64,000 nucleotides of DNA from an uncultured Desulfosarcina sp. (GTDB lineage: Bacteria; Desulfobacterota; Desulfobacteria; Desulfobacterales; Desulfosarcinaceae). The stretch is from contig CAXXWQ010000003.1 of assembly GCA_963674945.2 (NCBI GenBank), forward strand, positions 2,272,001-2,336,000, read 5' to 3'. Numbering within the stretch: position 1 is the stretch's first letter; every line of letters begins with the position of its first letter. Below the pieces are notes generated by a model. That model was not told where the DNA came from, made no database searches, and was given only the letters and a program-made list of their open reading frames with translations. Below, in pieces: positions 50,029 to 60,562 of the stretch. The translations under genes and the position numbers were made by a program.

Positions 50029-53000
50029 TTATCCAAGCAGTTCATTGGTCAATTGATATAGTTTCTCATTGACCGCTTCAATGGAAATTTCCCGTTGGCA
50101 AAACTGAATGCCCGCAGATGAAAGGGATTGCCAACGCTCCTGGTTACCATAGAGGTCCTGAATCAAAGACGCCATATCGTCGGCATCCTTTGCCACGAGA
50201 ATGTTCTCATCATGGCAAAGTCCCGTTCCTTCAACGGCGATCTCCGTGGCAACGCAAGGGATGCCATAGCTTAAGCTTGTAACGACCTTCCCTTTCATGC
50301 CTGCCCCGTAGCGCAGTGGCGCCACAGAAAGCCGACACGCCCCGAAGAGTTCTGACAAATCCGGCACATATCCCCGGATGATGACGTTATCCTCAGATAG
50401 CGCTTCAATCTCGCTTGGCATATCGCTTCCCGCGACAATGAATTTGCCTGAAAATCCCTGTCGGCGGAGAATGGGCCATACATCGGAGATGAAGTAGACA
50501 ACGGCGTCGATATTGGGCGGATGACTGAATCCACCGATGAATACGATGTCTTTCAATTCATCCCACGGTCTTCTCGTGGGCTCCGGAAGATCGCGGGCCA
50601 CGGGTATATGGTATGTCCTGGCATGTGGCAAAATGTCGTTGATTACCTGAATTTCATAGTAACTGCGGCACATTGTTGCATCGGCCTTTTTTATCACATC
50701 GAGTTCATCTTCCCGCGTTTTCGCAGCCTTCTCATCCATTCGTGGAGAAAGGCACAAAGCTGCCTGCCGAGACTCCCGAAGAAAGTGAAGATCCACGGTA
50801 TCGAATACGATTTTTGCCTTACCGGCATGCTTTTTTACGATATCGATTAACGGGGCTGCCACCTGCACGCGACATAAGATAATCAAATCGGCCTTCGGAC
50901 CATATTGGCGTATGGCTTCTTGTGTGGATTCAATCCAGGGGAGGTGGACACACTCAACTCCCAGTCGCTGCAAATCCGTTGTATAGCCCTCGAAGGCAGT
51001 GACGTCCAATGTTACAAACGTAATATGGAATCCGAGATTTTTAAAAATCTTCATGTAATTGACGGCATCGATGGAACCCGAATCTTTATTCGGCCTGGGT
51101 GTCGTCGCGTCGATGAACAGGATTCGTCCCTTGATTCCACGAAGATAGGGAAGTGTGGGGGGGTTGCAAGAGCCATGGGATGACAGCTCCTGTCTCCATT
51201 TTTCTAAGAATTGATACCGATTCACCACTTGATATCGTTTTACGCCTTCGTTCTCCCGGGTACCACAGGTAGTACCCTCGAAGTGAACCAGCTGTGATTT
51301 GGGCTGATAGACAACACGCCGATGGGCCGCACGCACCTGAAAAGAGAGATCGGTATCTTCGTAGTAGGCCGGAGAATATCTTTCGTCAAACCCACCTATC
51401 AATTTCCACAGCGCAGCGGGAATTGCAATGGATGCACCCGAACAATAGTCTACATCGCGAGCATGATCGTACATGGGCTCAAACGGATCTTCAAAACGTC
51501 CGAAGTTCCACCCGCTGCCGTCTTCAAAAACGATTCCACCGGCTTCCTGGAGTCGGCCTTCCGGATAGATCAACTTCGATCCCACTAGGCCGATCTCGGG
51601 ATCATTTTCCAATGTCCGTATGAGTTCTGTTAACCACCCACTCAGTACGATGGTGTCATTATTTAAAAACACCAAGTAGTTCCCTTTAGCTATCGTGGCG
51701 GCCTCGTTGCAATTTCTCAAAAATCCCAAATTCTTCTTATTTCGCCGATAGATGACATTGGCAAACGGTTCGGTAAAGACATCTTGTGTTGCATCTGTCG
51801 ACCGATCGTCCGATACGATGATTTCATAATCGATTCCATCTTGACCATCCAGATAAATGGAGTGGATGCAGGCAAGCGTGTATCGGATTTGATTGTATAC
51901 GGGAATGATGATGGAGATATTTGGTTCTTGGGTTTGTTTAATCGTCTGTGCAACTTTTTTTAGGCCATTTTTCCAGCAGACGATTTCATTTTGGCGGGGT
52001 AACGGTGGTCGCTTTGAATGGGAAAATCGTGGCAAATCGTAAAGATCAATCAAAGAAATGGCCGGATCATGAATTGTACCAAATGGTTGGTTGGGGTCGC
52101 GAAAATGAACCTCCTCACATCGATTGGCAAACAATGCCAAATTTCCTTTACTCATCAACAAAAAGTCGAGCGTACGACGAATTCTTCCCGGATTGATCAA
52201 CCCGAGTGCCTGATTTGGATTCATCAGGAACAGGCGGAAAATACGAAGCAGGAGTTCAACGTCGCTTTTTTGAATTCGTCTGCCATGGTAGCGATGTTCA
52301 GGAGGAACCAGAAGGCAATCGATACGTTTGAGTTCTGCGTGAATACCGGACTGCCCCAATCCCAGAAAGCGTGTCAATTTTGCTATGACTCTCACGATAC
52401 GGGAATGGGATATCGCATTCAATCGTGTTTTATATTCGTTATGCTCCGATGTGATGCCGTTGAACTTTTTCCAAAGCTCTTCATGGTGTCCTTCCAATTG
52501 ATGCAACTCATCTTGAAGTCTGCCGCGCTCCCCTCGCAGCCGCTGGGTCTCTTTGGTAAGACGGTTGTTTTCCTTAAAGAGGTCGTCATTTCTTCTTGCC
52601 AGTTCTTGGGCTTCTTTTTCAATCCGACGATTTTCCTCCTCAAGCGTTTTGCTCTTTGACTCAAGGTCCGCCAATCTGCGCATTGAAGTTGAGAACCGTT
52701 CCACCTTGGGTATTTTTATTACCCATTTGCCGTTTTTTTGTAACTGCCGCATTTGTTGCGCGAGGACCTTCATCCGGGATGCATCGTTTGGGACCGGTTG
52801 CCCTGCACAGAGTGCATCAAATAGTGAAGTGACCGGCCCGTCGGTCTGCAAAGCCCTGTCCTCGGCGTCATGGTGACAAAGTTTCGGATCTACGAATGCC
52901 TCGATCTCATTTCGGCTTGGCGATTGCAAACCGTTGACACCGTTGTCGGTCAACCAACGGTGGACATCTTTGGTCGTTTCGTAGGGTCTTTTGAGAATCG

Positions 53001-53526
53001 ATTCATATCGAACGGAAAGATAGTGAATACCTACCAAATGGACGCATAAAGCGCGCATGTAATATTCCCATAATGCAAGGCCGTACTTCATCGGGATGCC
53101 GTTGCGCTCCTCCAGCGATTTTGCAGCCGAAAACGGAGATCGCAGCACAAGGATAAAAACGGCTTTTTCCAAATGGTGACACCAGAAAGGCAGCGTAAGA
53201 CATAAACGAGGATCTTTTATGAACCAGGGACGGTGAGAATCCAATCGGAAAATGATATCTCTGATTTCGGTATCGATCAGACTCCGATCGGCTTCGGATA
53301 TTTTTTGAATATCGAGGTCGTAAACTTCCCACCAATTCCCGCCGGCAACGTCTAAAATGAGATCGTTTGCCGCCATCACGTCCTTTCGCTCCCAGAACCC
53401 CTTCGGATTATCGGGAGCCGTTACCATGGAGGCTTCTTCACTTCCATAATAGCAGCCCATTAGATTCACAATTCTGGCCAGAGCGGATGTGCCGGAACGG
53501 TGCATACCCAACACGATGATCTGCAT
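50029..53526 (-). CDS. Multidomain protein: sulfotransferase-like + coiled coil + GT2 + GT4
   Basis: LGMHRSGTS, GFWE, KDPRL; heptad coiled coil (~aa 280-370); GT2 (IPVYNQ, DDRSTD, LNNDT, EDTDL); GT4 (APLRYGAGMKGK). Confidence 0.87.
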   Translation of the reverse strand: MQIIVLGMHRSGTSALARIVNLMGCYYGSEEASMVTAPDNPKGFWERKDVMAANDLILDVAGGNWWEVYDLDIQKISEADRSLIDTEIRDIIFRLDSHRPWFIKDPRLCLTLPFWCHHLEKAVFILVLRSPFSAAKSLEERNGIPMKYGLALWEYYMRALCVHLVGIHYLSVRYESILKRPYETTKDVHRWLTDNGVNGLQSPSRNEIEAFVDPKLCHHDAEDRALQTDGPVTSLFDALCAGQPVPNDASRMKVLAQQMRQLQKNGKWVIKIPKVERFSTSMRRLADLESKSKTLEEENRRIEKEAQELARRNDDLFKENNRLTKETQRLRGERGRLQDELHQLEGHHEELWKKFNGITSEHNEYKTRLNAISHSRIVRVIAKLTRFLGLGQSGIHAELKRIDCLLVPPEHRYHGRRIQKSDVELLLRIFRLFLMNPNQALGLINPGRIRRTLDFLLMSKGNLALFANRCEEVHFRDPNQPFGTIHDPAISLIDLYDLPRFSHSKRPPLPRQNEIVCWKNGLKKVAQTIKQTQEPNISIIIPVYNQIRYTLACIHSIYLDGQDGIDYEIIVSDDRSTDATQDVFTEPFANVIYRRNKKNLGFLRNCNEAATIAKGNYLVFLNNDTIVLSGWLTELIRTLENDPEIGLVGSKLIYPEGRLQEAGGIVFEDGSGWNFGRFEDPFEPMYDHARDVDYCSGASIAIPAALWKLIGGFDERYSPAYYEDTDLSFQVRAAHRRVVYQPKSQLVHFEGTTCGTRENEGVKRYQVVNRYQFLEKWRQELSSHGSCNPPTLPYLRGIKGRILFIDATTPRPNKDSGSIDAVNYMKIFKNLGFHITFVTLDVTAFEGYTTDLQRLGVECVHLPWIESTQEAIRQYGPKADLIILCRVQVAAPLIDIVKKHAGKAKIVFDTVDLHFLRESRQAALCLSPRMDEKAAKTREDELDVIKKADATMCRSYYEIQVINDILPHARTYHIPVARDLPEPTRRPWDELKDIVFIGGFSHPPNIDAVVYFISDVWPILRRQGFSGKFIVAGSDMPSEIEALSEDNVIIRGYVPDLSELFGACRLSVAPLRYGAGMKGKVVTSLSYGIPCVATEIAVEGTGLCHDENILVAKDADDMASLIQDLYGNQERWQSLSSAGIQFCQREISIEAVNEKLYQLTNELLG

Positions 53527-53633
53527 CTATACGCTATCCTCCTGATAATGCATCGAAGGTATTGAGATTTTCCAAGACCGTTGCTGTTTTTGGTGACAGG
53601 CGCATCCAGTGTCCTTTATCGGGAGGAAAAACA

Positions 53634-54596
53634 TTATCGCGTCACTCGAAATATTGACAAACCATTGTCAAGATGGCCGAAGTTTTCCGAGGCGTACACT
53701 TCGATGAACGCGCGTGAGAACCCCGCCGCCTGAAAAGAGTGAATGACATCCCAGCCAAAATCCGTGAAGACCAGCGCTCCCGATGAACTGATTGGGTTGC
53801 CATGAAATACCGGAGGCCGTTGGTAAACGGCTCCACGGGAACCCTGGCGCGCCCGTTTGATAGAATTTTCCAGACGATTGTGGAAAGGAAATGTGGCCAG
53901 CAGCACCCCTCCGGACCGAAGCACGCGGGCGCATTCCGTAAAAGCGCGATATGGATCCGGAACGTGTTCGAAAACATCATTGCTGACGATCAAATCAAGA
54001 CTGCCGCTAGCGAAACTCAACTGTGTTGCATCCTCGTGTCGAATTCCACCCATCCGAAAGATATGATATGTCAATTTCATTTGGTTTCGAATCCATCGAA
54101 AAAGATATGGATGAATCGGCGTGATGTACTGCCATGCCTTGACGATGGATCCGCTTTTAAATTTTTTGCCAAAGTATTCGCTGCCGATAATGGTATGCCC
54201 CTTCAGATGCCCGGCGAGGTATCGGTAAAACGACGTCATCTTTTCCATCAAATAGACCCGCTGCCCCGCCCTGCCCTGCAGTTGATGCTTCACAACCGCG
54301 GCCATCAGCCGCTGCCGGCTTGACATCATACAACCTGGACAAATCAGCCCCTCACGCCAATTCAATGCGAGTCGCTCATTTTTCTGTCCTTTACTTCTTC
54401 TGCCATCTAATACAAAGGAGACCTTCTCATTGCATGGCAAGCAGTAGCCTTTAACGAAACGTGTGCCGGGTGATGTGGCAATTGTGTACCGGACGTTTTG
54501 CAGCCGTTTGAATATCTTGTTTTCCATGCCACACGCAAAGTTCCTCCGCGTCGATGCGATAAATACCGGCGAGATATTGGGGCTTGTAACTGTCAT
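53634..54596 (-). CDS. Class I SAM-dependent methyltransferase with N-terminal Cys pairs
   Basis: CLPC...CPGC, SNDVFEHVPD, ECARVLRSGG, HGNP. Confidence 0.8.
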   Translation of the reverse strand: MTVTSPNISPVFIASTRRNFACGMENKIFKRLQNVRYTIATSPGTRFVKGYCLPCNEKVSFVLDGRRSKGQKNERLALNWREGLICPGCMMSSRQRLMAAVVKHQLQGRAGQRVYLMEKMTSFYRYLAGHLKGHTIIGSEYFGKKFKSGSIVKAWQYITPIHPYLFRWIRNQMKLTYHIFRMGGIRHEDATQLSFASGSLDLIVSNDVFEHVPDPYRAFTECARVLRSGGVLLATFPFHNRLENSIKRARQGSRGAVYQRPPVFHGNPISSSGALVFTDFGWDVIHSFQAAGFSRAFIEVYASENFGHLDNGLSIFRVTR

Positions 54597-54642
54597 GAAG
54601 GGATTCTCATTGTGCGTCGGGCAGATATGCCAACCGTGTGGC

Positions 54643-55380
54643 TCACCCGCTCCGTTTCGGGGATATGCTTTCCAAATAAGCCGTCAACACCTCATCGACA
54701 ATACCCTGGGCACGGGTCCTGCCATCCTCGATCCAGACCAAACGATTGCAGACTTCTTTGAGTAATGATGCATTGTGAGATACCAATACGACTGTCTTTT
54801 CCGATTGTATCTGTTTTTTCATCGCTTCGGTGGATTTATTCCGAAAGGCCTCATCGCCAACGCCCAGAACTTCGTCGAGCAAGATCACATCCGGATTTAC
54901 GTGGTACGCTACCGAAAATCCCAGCCGTGCACGCATACCCGTCGAGTAGGTATTGACCGGTTCCTCGAAAAAACTGTTTAGCTCGGAAAAAGAGATGATC
55001 TCATCCATTTTCGAAAGTATCTCTTTTTTCGTTGCTCCCAATAACATTCCGTTAAGTATTGCGTTTTCTCGACCACTTAAGTAGGGTACGAATCCGGCCT
55101 GTAATGATATCAGGGATATTCGAAGTCCAGGTCGATGGATCTTCAGTTTCCCGGTATCTGGAGCGATGATGCCGGCCAAAACCCGAAGGAGTGTGCTCTT
55201 ACCGACACCATTTTTACCAATAATCCCCAAGGTTTCTCCAGCATATAGATCAAAAGATACGTCCTTTAGAGCCCAGAAAAAGGAGCGTTTTAGGAACCGT
55301 TGCCGGCGGCTGTAATACACTCCGACATTCCGCATACTCAGGATCTTGTTCTCTGAATACGATGGGTTTTCTGTATACAT
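54643..55380 (-). CDS. wzt: Polysaccharide ABC exporter ATP-binding subunit, no C-terminal carbohydrate-binding domain
   Basis: GKNGVGKST, YSTGMRARL, LLDEVLGVGD, VSH; 245 aa. Confidence 0.92.
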   Translation of the reverse strand: MYTENPSYSENKILSMRNVGVYYSRRQRFLKRSFFWALKDVSFDLYAGETLGIIGKNGVGKSTLLRVLAGIIAPDTGKLKIHRPGLRISLISLQAGFVPYLSGRENAILNGMLLGATKKEILSKMDEIISFSELNSFFEEPVNTYSTGMRARLGFSVAYHVNPDVILLDEVLGVGDEAFRNKSTEAMKKQIQSEKTVVLVSHNASLLKEVCNRLVWIEDGRTRAQGIVDEVLTAYLESISPKRSG

Positions 55381-55388
55381 AGTTCGGA

Positions 55389-56186
55389 TCAGTGAATGAT
55401 TTTTGGATATACGCGGTCAAACCGACAATAAATCCATATGGAAAACAGCAATAAAACAAACGAAAGCAAAAGGATAAAAAACAGACTGTGCCAGTCCGGA
55501 GAGGCGCCATCAAGGATAATCCTTCGGTACATGACAATCAGGGATGCCATGGGATTAAGCAAGAGGAACCGCTGAACGGACACAGGAAGGCTGGCAACGT
55601 CGAAAAAGATACCGGAAAGAAATAAAAACATCATGAGTACGTTGTCCAGAATCATCCGGAAATCCGGGAAAAACGGCATAAGGGCGGCAATCAGACTCGT
55701 AATTGCAATGGTCAGCAACAATTGGGTCATGATCAGTGCCGGTAAGAATACCCATGCCAATGAAGCTTTTGTAGACATAAATTGCAAGAAAATGAGAAAA
55801 AGAGTCAGAACGATGAGAAATTTGAAGGTATTGATTACGGTTGCCGTCAGGGGAAAGATGATTTTGGGCAGGTAAACCTGGTTCATGAGGCTGGCATTGG
55901 CCAGAAGACTGTTCGAGCCGGTAGTGATTGTTGCATGGAACCATTTCCATGCGATCAAACCCGTAAGTAGGAAGAGAATGAAATTTTCATCCCCTCGGTG
56001 AAAAAGATGGACGAACACGACGTAAAAGACGCTCATATACATCAACGGTTCAATGATCCACCACAGTACGCCCAAATAGCCCCTCGATGCCTCTGCGCGA
56101 AGCCCGGCTTTGGCATTTTGAAACACCAGATCAGTGAAATTCGTTACTGCTTCTATCTTTGAAGGGAGAATAGGATTGTTTTTCAT
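55389..56186 (-). CDS. wzm: Polysaccharide ABC exporter permease
   Basis: LGVLWWIIEPL, SGIFF, LNP. Start at ATG 56186, next to the upstream stop. Confidence 0.92.
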   Translation of the reverse strand: MKNNPILPSKIEAVTNFTDLVFQNAKAGLRAEASRGYLGVLWWIIEPLMYMSVFYVVFVHLFHRGDENFILFLLTGLIAWKWFHATITTGSNSLLANASLMNQVYLPKIIFPLTATVINTFKFLIVLTLFLIFLQFMSTKASLAWVFLPALIMTQLLLTIAITSLIAALMPFFPDFRMILDNVLMMFLFLSGIFFDVASLPVSVQRFLLLNPMASLIVMYRRIILDGASPDWHSLFFILLLSFVLLLFSIWIYCRFDRVYPKIIH

Positions 56187-56187
56187 T

Positions 56188-57348
56188 TCAAACACGGGCC
56201 AATATGGATGCGATAGATTCCTGCGCTCCTTCGTCGAGATAGGGGTGCATGGGTAAACTAAAGATCCTTTCACTGCAATCTTCGCTTACGGGAAAATCGC
56301 CAGGCTTGTATCCCAAAGATTTGAATACACCCTGCAAATGCAGTGGTATGGGATAATAAATCGCCGTCGGAACACCGGCATTTGTGAGTGCCGCCTGGCA
56401 GGCGTTCCGGCGTTCTTTGCTTTCAGCAAGCAGCGAGTACTGGGCCCATACCGATCCATACCCTTCACCCACGGTGGGGATGGTCAATGAATCAATGCCC
56501 GCAAGCAGTGTACCGTAACGCCTGGCCACTTCATCTCTAAGCCGGACCTCCTCGGGAAAAATATCGAACTTGGCCAGCAGAATGGCAGCCTGCAGGGTAT
56601 CCAAACGACCGTTTATTCCGATACGAATATTGTCATATTTATCCATTCCTTTGCCATGGATGCGGATGGACCGCAATACGTCGGCAGCCCTCTCATCATT
56701 GGTAAAACACATCCCGCCATCGCCGTACCCTCCCAATGGTTTGGCGGGAAAGAAGGAGGTACAGCCGACATCGCCCAATGAACACGCCATTTTCCCTTTG
56801 TACCGGGCGCCGAAGGATTGGGCAGCATCTTCGATGACAAACAATTGATGTGCAGAGGCGCAGGCGACGATGGCCTCATAATCGGCCGGCAACCCGAACA
56901 GATCCACGGCAATGATGCCTTTTGGGGTCAGGGGAACGTCGGTATTGTCCGGCAGTGGCAGCAGCGTCCGATCGTTGTCTTCGATGGCCTTGATCGTCGT
57001 TTCCAGATATTGGGGATCCATATTGAAGCATGCAGGATCGATATCCACGAAAACCGGCGTCGCGCCCAACATTCGAATTACTTCTGCCGTGGCGATAAAG
57101 GTGAACGGGGAGGTGATGATTGCATCCCCCGGGCCGACATCATAGGCCATCAAAGCCATCAACAGGGCATCGGTTCCCGAGGCGCATCCAATGGCATGGT
57201 CGACGTTGCAGTGGTCCGCCAAACGGGCTTCGAGTTCATCGATTTCCGGTCCCATAATATATTGGCCATGATCCAGAACCGCCTCGATGCGGGCGTTAAC
57301 CTCTTTCCTTATTCTTTTCTGTTGCGATTTCAAATCGATAAATTGCAT
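56188..57348 (-). CDS. DegT/DnrJ/EryC1/StrS PLP-dependent sugar aminotransferase (WbpE-like)
   Basis: SGTDAL, IEDAAQSFG, SFFPAKPLG, NGRLDTLQAA. Confidence 0.93.
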   Translation of the reverse strand: MQFIDLKSQQKRIRKEVNARIEAVLDHGQYIMGPEIDELEARLADHCNVDHAIGCASGTDALLMALMAYDVGPGDAIITSPFTFIATAEVIRMLGATPVFVDIDPACFNMDPQYLETTIKAIEDNDRTLLPLPDNTDVPLTPKGIIAVDLFGLPADYEAIVACASAHQLFVIEDAAQSFGARYKGKMACSLGDVGCTSFFPAKPLGGYGDGGMCFTNDERAADVLRSIRIHGKGMDKYDNIRIGINGRLDTLQAAILLAKFDIFPEEVRLRDEVARRYGTLLAGIDSLTIPTVGEGYGSVWAQYSLLAESKERRNACQAALTNAGVPTAIYYPIPLHLQGVFKSLGYKPGDFPVSEDCSERIFSLPMHPYLDEGAQESIASILARV

Positions 57349-57493
57349 GGTCTTCCACTTCGCTTCCGTAAAAAGTCCTTTTTAATTGGAATAATGAACG
57401 AGTTCCTTAGAGGCCTATTTTATTTGTAGGGTTAACGGGTTCCTAAGAAAGAGCCAAGCGATCCCCGCATATTCGCAAAACAGCGTCCAACGG

Positions 57494-58132
57494 TTAGAAC
57501 AAGAGTATTTTGTCGGGTGGTACACCAACACGTTTCAAGGTGGCGACAGCCGCTTCATGGTCCGTTTCGACTGCAATCAGAACCACATCGAAATCGACTC
57601 GCTTGAGTCGTGAGACTGCCTTGACGACCATCTGCTCGAATATCTCCCCTTCCCTATCCGAATCGACGACATCAAGCAATTGTAAACCGGTCCCGATAAG
57701 TGACAGATAGGCAATTTCAGCCAGTTCACCGGAACCGTAGAAAATGAGTCTTGAAAGTCCCTGTTCGCTCAGCTGTTTGTATACATCATGGACCCGGCAT
57801 CTGGCAGATTTGAAGTATTGGTATGAACTTAAAATATACGCATAGGTTAAACGAGTCTTTTCCATCGCACCCGCAGGCGTGAGGATGTACCTGGCCCGCT
57901 TTTTGGGCACGGTGGTGACCTTGCAGTATCCTTTTTTTACCAATCGCTTGATAAAAGAATTGATCATTCCTAGCGAGATCTGCAATGCATCGGACAGGTC
58001 TCGTTGGGACATTGGCTTGTCCTCGGCGATGGCCTCCAAAATTTGGAGTGTTTTAAGACTCTTGGCATCCATATGGAGATTAATCGGGCGTAGCTCCGCC
58101 GTTTCGATTACATGCTTGTCTGCATTTGGCAT
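57494..58132 (-). CDS. Winged-helix (EPS-associated MarR-like) transcriptional regulator with C-terminal Rossmann-like domain
   Basis: SQRDLSDALQISLGMINSFIKRLVKKGY...YILTPAG; FYGSGELA. True start may be ATG 58072. Confidence 0.85.
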   Translation of the reverse strand: MPNADKHVIETAELRPINLHMDAKSLKTLQILEAIAEDKPMSQRDLSDALQISLGMINSFIKRLVKKGYCKVTTVPKKRARYILTPAGAMEKTRLTYAYILSSYQYFKSARCRVHDVYKQLSEQGLSRLIFYGSGELAEIAYLSLIGTGLQLLDVVDSDREGEIFEQMVVKAVSRLKRVDFDVVLIAVETDHEAAVATLKRVGVPPDKILLF

Positions 58133-58170
58133 CGAGCAGGAGTATGCACGGCAGTTGGAAAAACGATGAA

Positions 58171-58208
58171 GTGTTCAACTATTGAACACAAAATAGGCGG
58201 GGTGTCAA
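58171..58208 (-). promoter_or_regulatory. Putative promoter of the glycan locus overlapped by a palindromic operator
   Basis: Minus strand TTGACA-N16-TTCAAT; perfect inverted repeat GTGTTCAA-CTA-TTGAACAC at 58171-58189. Confidence 0.6.
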
Positions 58209-58400
58209 TGCAAAAAAATACAGGATATTGTGTTCAGGGGAAAAAGGCGGGACAAGGAGCAGGTGCCCATCCAACCACGACTGTTTTCTTTTATCGGGAA
58301 TATGGCAAAAGGTTGTCCATGCAGGTTCCAATGGACCATTAAAAAATCCCGTAAACAAATCGTCGGGTTTGGATGGGCACAATTTTAGACGGCTGTGACC

Positions 58401-58679
58401 TTATATCACGATACGGTCTTTATTGGCCTCCCAAGTCTTTTTTCCGATACCCTTTACGTTCATGATCTCTTCCGGTTTCTGGAAATCACCTTTTTCTTCA
58501 CGATATTCGACGATCCGTTTCGCATATTTCGCGCCAACCCGGTCCAATTGCATCAATTGTTCGATGGATGCCGTATTGATATTGACCTTTTCCGTGGCGT
58601 TTGCATAACATGTACTTGCGACAAAGATAGCCATCGTGAGAAAGAGAACGTAAATAACTTGTTTTTGAATTTTCGCCAT
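58401..58679 (-). CDS. comEA: ComEA-family helix-hairpin-helix DNA-binding protein
   Basis: Signal peptide; VNINTAS, VGAKYAKRIVEYRE, VKGIG. Confidence 0.9.
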   Translation of the reverse strand: MAKIQKQVIYVLFLTMAIFVASTCYANATEKVNINTASIEQLMQLDRVGAKYAKRIVEYREEKGDFQKPEEIMNVKGIGKKTWEANKDRIVI

Positions 58680-59058
58680 GTGAATCCCTCCTAGTTATAA
58701 TGTTAGTATAGCTGCCATGCCCGTCATGGCAAAATCGTTGTTTTGTTGATCGAACGAAAGGATTAGGATGTATAATGACAGATCAGATGAAAAGGAGAGT
58801 TCAAGACAGCGGCAATAACAATGGACGATCGATACTGAATATTGCCGAACAAGAAAAGCAGATTCGATGCCAATATGTATCGACCCCAGTCACGGTTTCA
58901 TGCATTTGATTTTTTTGTTTACGATAAGAAAAGGTTACGGACCATGCATATAATTGACATGCAGGCTGGATGGTCTTCGGAGTCTCTTTTCACTGCACAG
59001 ACCTCGCTTTCCATGGTCTTTTGTGTTTACATTTTTAGCCATGCCCACAAAACAATTT

Positions 59059-60411
59059 ATGAAAAATTATAAAATTCTCTTCATCGATGACGATCGACAA
59101 ATTCTGAACATCGTCGAACGATATATAGGGAGGTTCGGATTTACTGTCATTACCGAATCAAACGGTTTGCGGGCCATCGAAATGGTTCGAAACGATTTTT
59201 TTGCCATTGTCATTACCGACCTGATCATGCCCGAGATCGGTGGCATGGAGGTACTGAAAAAAATTAAAGCGTCGTCTCCGGAAACGGAGGTCATCGTGGC
59301 TTCCGGCTACGGCACCATCGAAACCGCCATCGAGGCGATGAAGTTGGGAAGCTATGATTTTTTGCAAAAACCCATCAATTTCGACCGATTCAGGATCCTG
59401 ATCGAACGCATCATCGAGAAAAAACAACTGGAGGATGAGAACCGATCCATTCGCAATCGTCTGAAGGAGCGCTATAAGTATGATGAACTCGTCGGGATGT
59501 CACCTCCGATGCAAAACATCTATGAAACCATCGATAAAATCAGTTCGAGCAGCCCGACGGTCTTGATTGAAGGAGAAAGCGGAACGGGAAAAGAGCTGAC
59601 GGCCAACGTCATCCATAACAACAGCGATCGAAAAAACGGTCCTTTTATCCCCGTTAATTGTGGAGCGATTTCCGAGGGAATTTTGGAAAGGGAACTGTTC
59701 GGCCATGTGAAAGGGGCGTTCACGGGTGCATTGCAAGATTCCATCGGATTGTTCAAAGCCGCCGATGGAGGAACCATTTTTTTAGATGAAATCGGAGAGG
59801 TCTCACCGTCCGTTCAGGTCAGTCTTTTGCGCGTGCTGCAGGAAAAAAAGGTCCGACCTGTCGGCGACACGCGGGAAACAATAATCGATGTACGGATTAT
59901 CGCAGCGACAAACAAGAAATTGGATGAGGCCATAAAACAAAACACGTTTCGGTCGGATCTTTACTATCGGCTCAACGTTATTTCCATCAAGATGCCGCCG
60001 CTACGTGATATCAAGGAGGATATTCCCTTATTAATCCGGCATTTTATCAAAAAGCACAAGCCGGCGGGAATCGACAGTGATCCCGAAGTGAGCCCTGCGG
60101 CAAATGCCATTTTGATGGGATATTCATGGCCGGGCAATGTCCGGCAACTGGAAAATGTGATCCAAAGAGCTTTCGCATTGGGTATGAAAAACGGTATTCT
60201 GGATATCGACGACCTGCCCGGTGAGATTGCGAAAAAGGCTAACAGAAAAACCACAGATGATATGATGTATAATCTGAAGGTCATTGAGGAACGCACCATC
60301 CGACGCGCCCTTCAGAGAACGGGGGGTAACAAGGCCGAAGCCGCCAAATTGCTGGGTATCAACTTGACGACGGTATACCGCAAGATGGCTCGGTACGACA
60401 TCATTGATTAG
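59059..60411 (+). CDS. Sigma-54-dependent NtrC-family response regulator
   Basis: Receiver (IDDD, TDLIMP, KP), GESGTGKE, GAFTGA, LDEIGE, WPGNVRQLEN, Fis HTH. Confidence 0.95.
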   Translation: MKNYKILFIDDDRQILNIVERYIGRFGFTVITESNGLRAIEMVRNDFFAIVITDLIMPEIGGMEVLKKIKASSPETEVIVASGYGTIETAIEAMKLGSYDFLQKPINFDRFRILIERIIEKKQLEDENRSIRNRLKERYKYDELVGMSPPMQNIYETIDKISSSSPTVLIEGESGTGKELTANVIHNNSDRKNGPFIPVNCGAISEGILERELFGHVKGAFTGALQDSIGLFKAADGGTIFLDEIGEVSPSVQVSLLRVLQEKKVRPVGDTRETIIDVRIIAATNKKLDEAIKQNTFRSDLYYRLNVISIKMPPLRDIKEDIPLLIRHFIKKHKPAGIDSDPEVSPAANAILMGYSWPGNVRQLENVIQRAFALGMKNGILDIDDLPGEIAKKANRKTTDDMMYNLKVIEERTIRRALQRTGGNKAEAAKLLGINLTTVYRKMARYDIID

Positions 60412-60562
60412 CCGTATTCAATCCGGGTGTTTTGCATCCGGAACCAGCCCGGACGATACTGTGCTGACGTGCTTTTGATTCGTGACAAGCTTCGATTCGA
60501 CATGTATAATAGCGTAAGTTTTGCTTTTTGATTTCTAAACCGTAGAATGATGGAGGGCAAAA

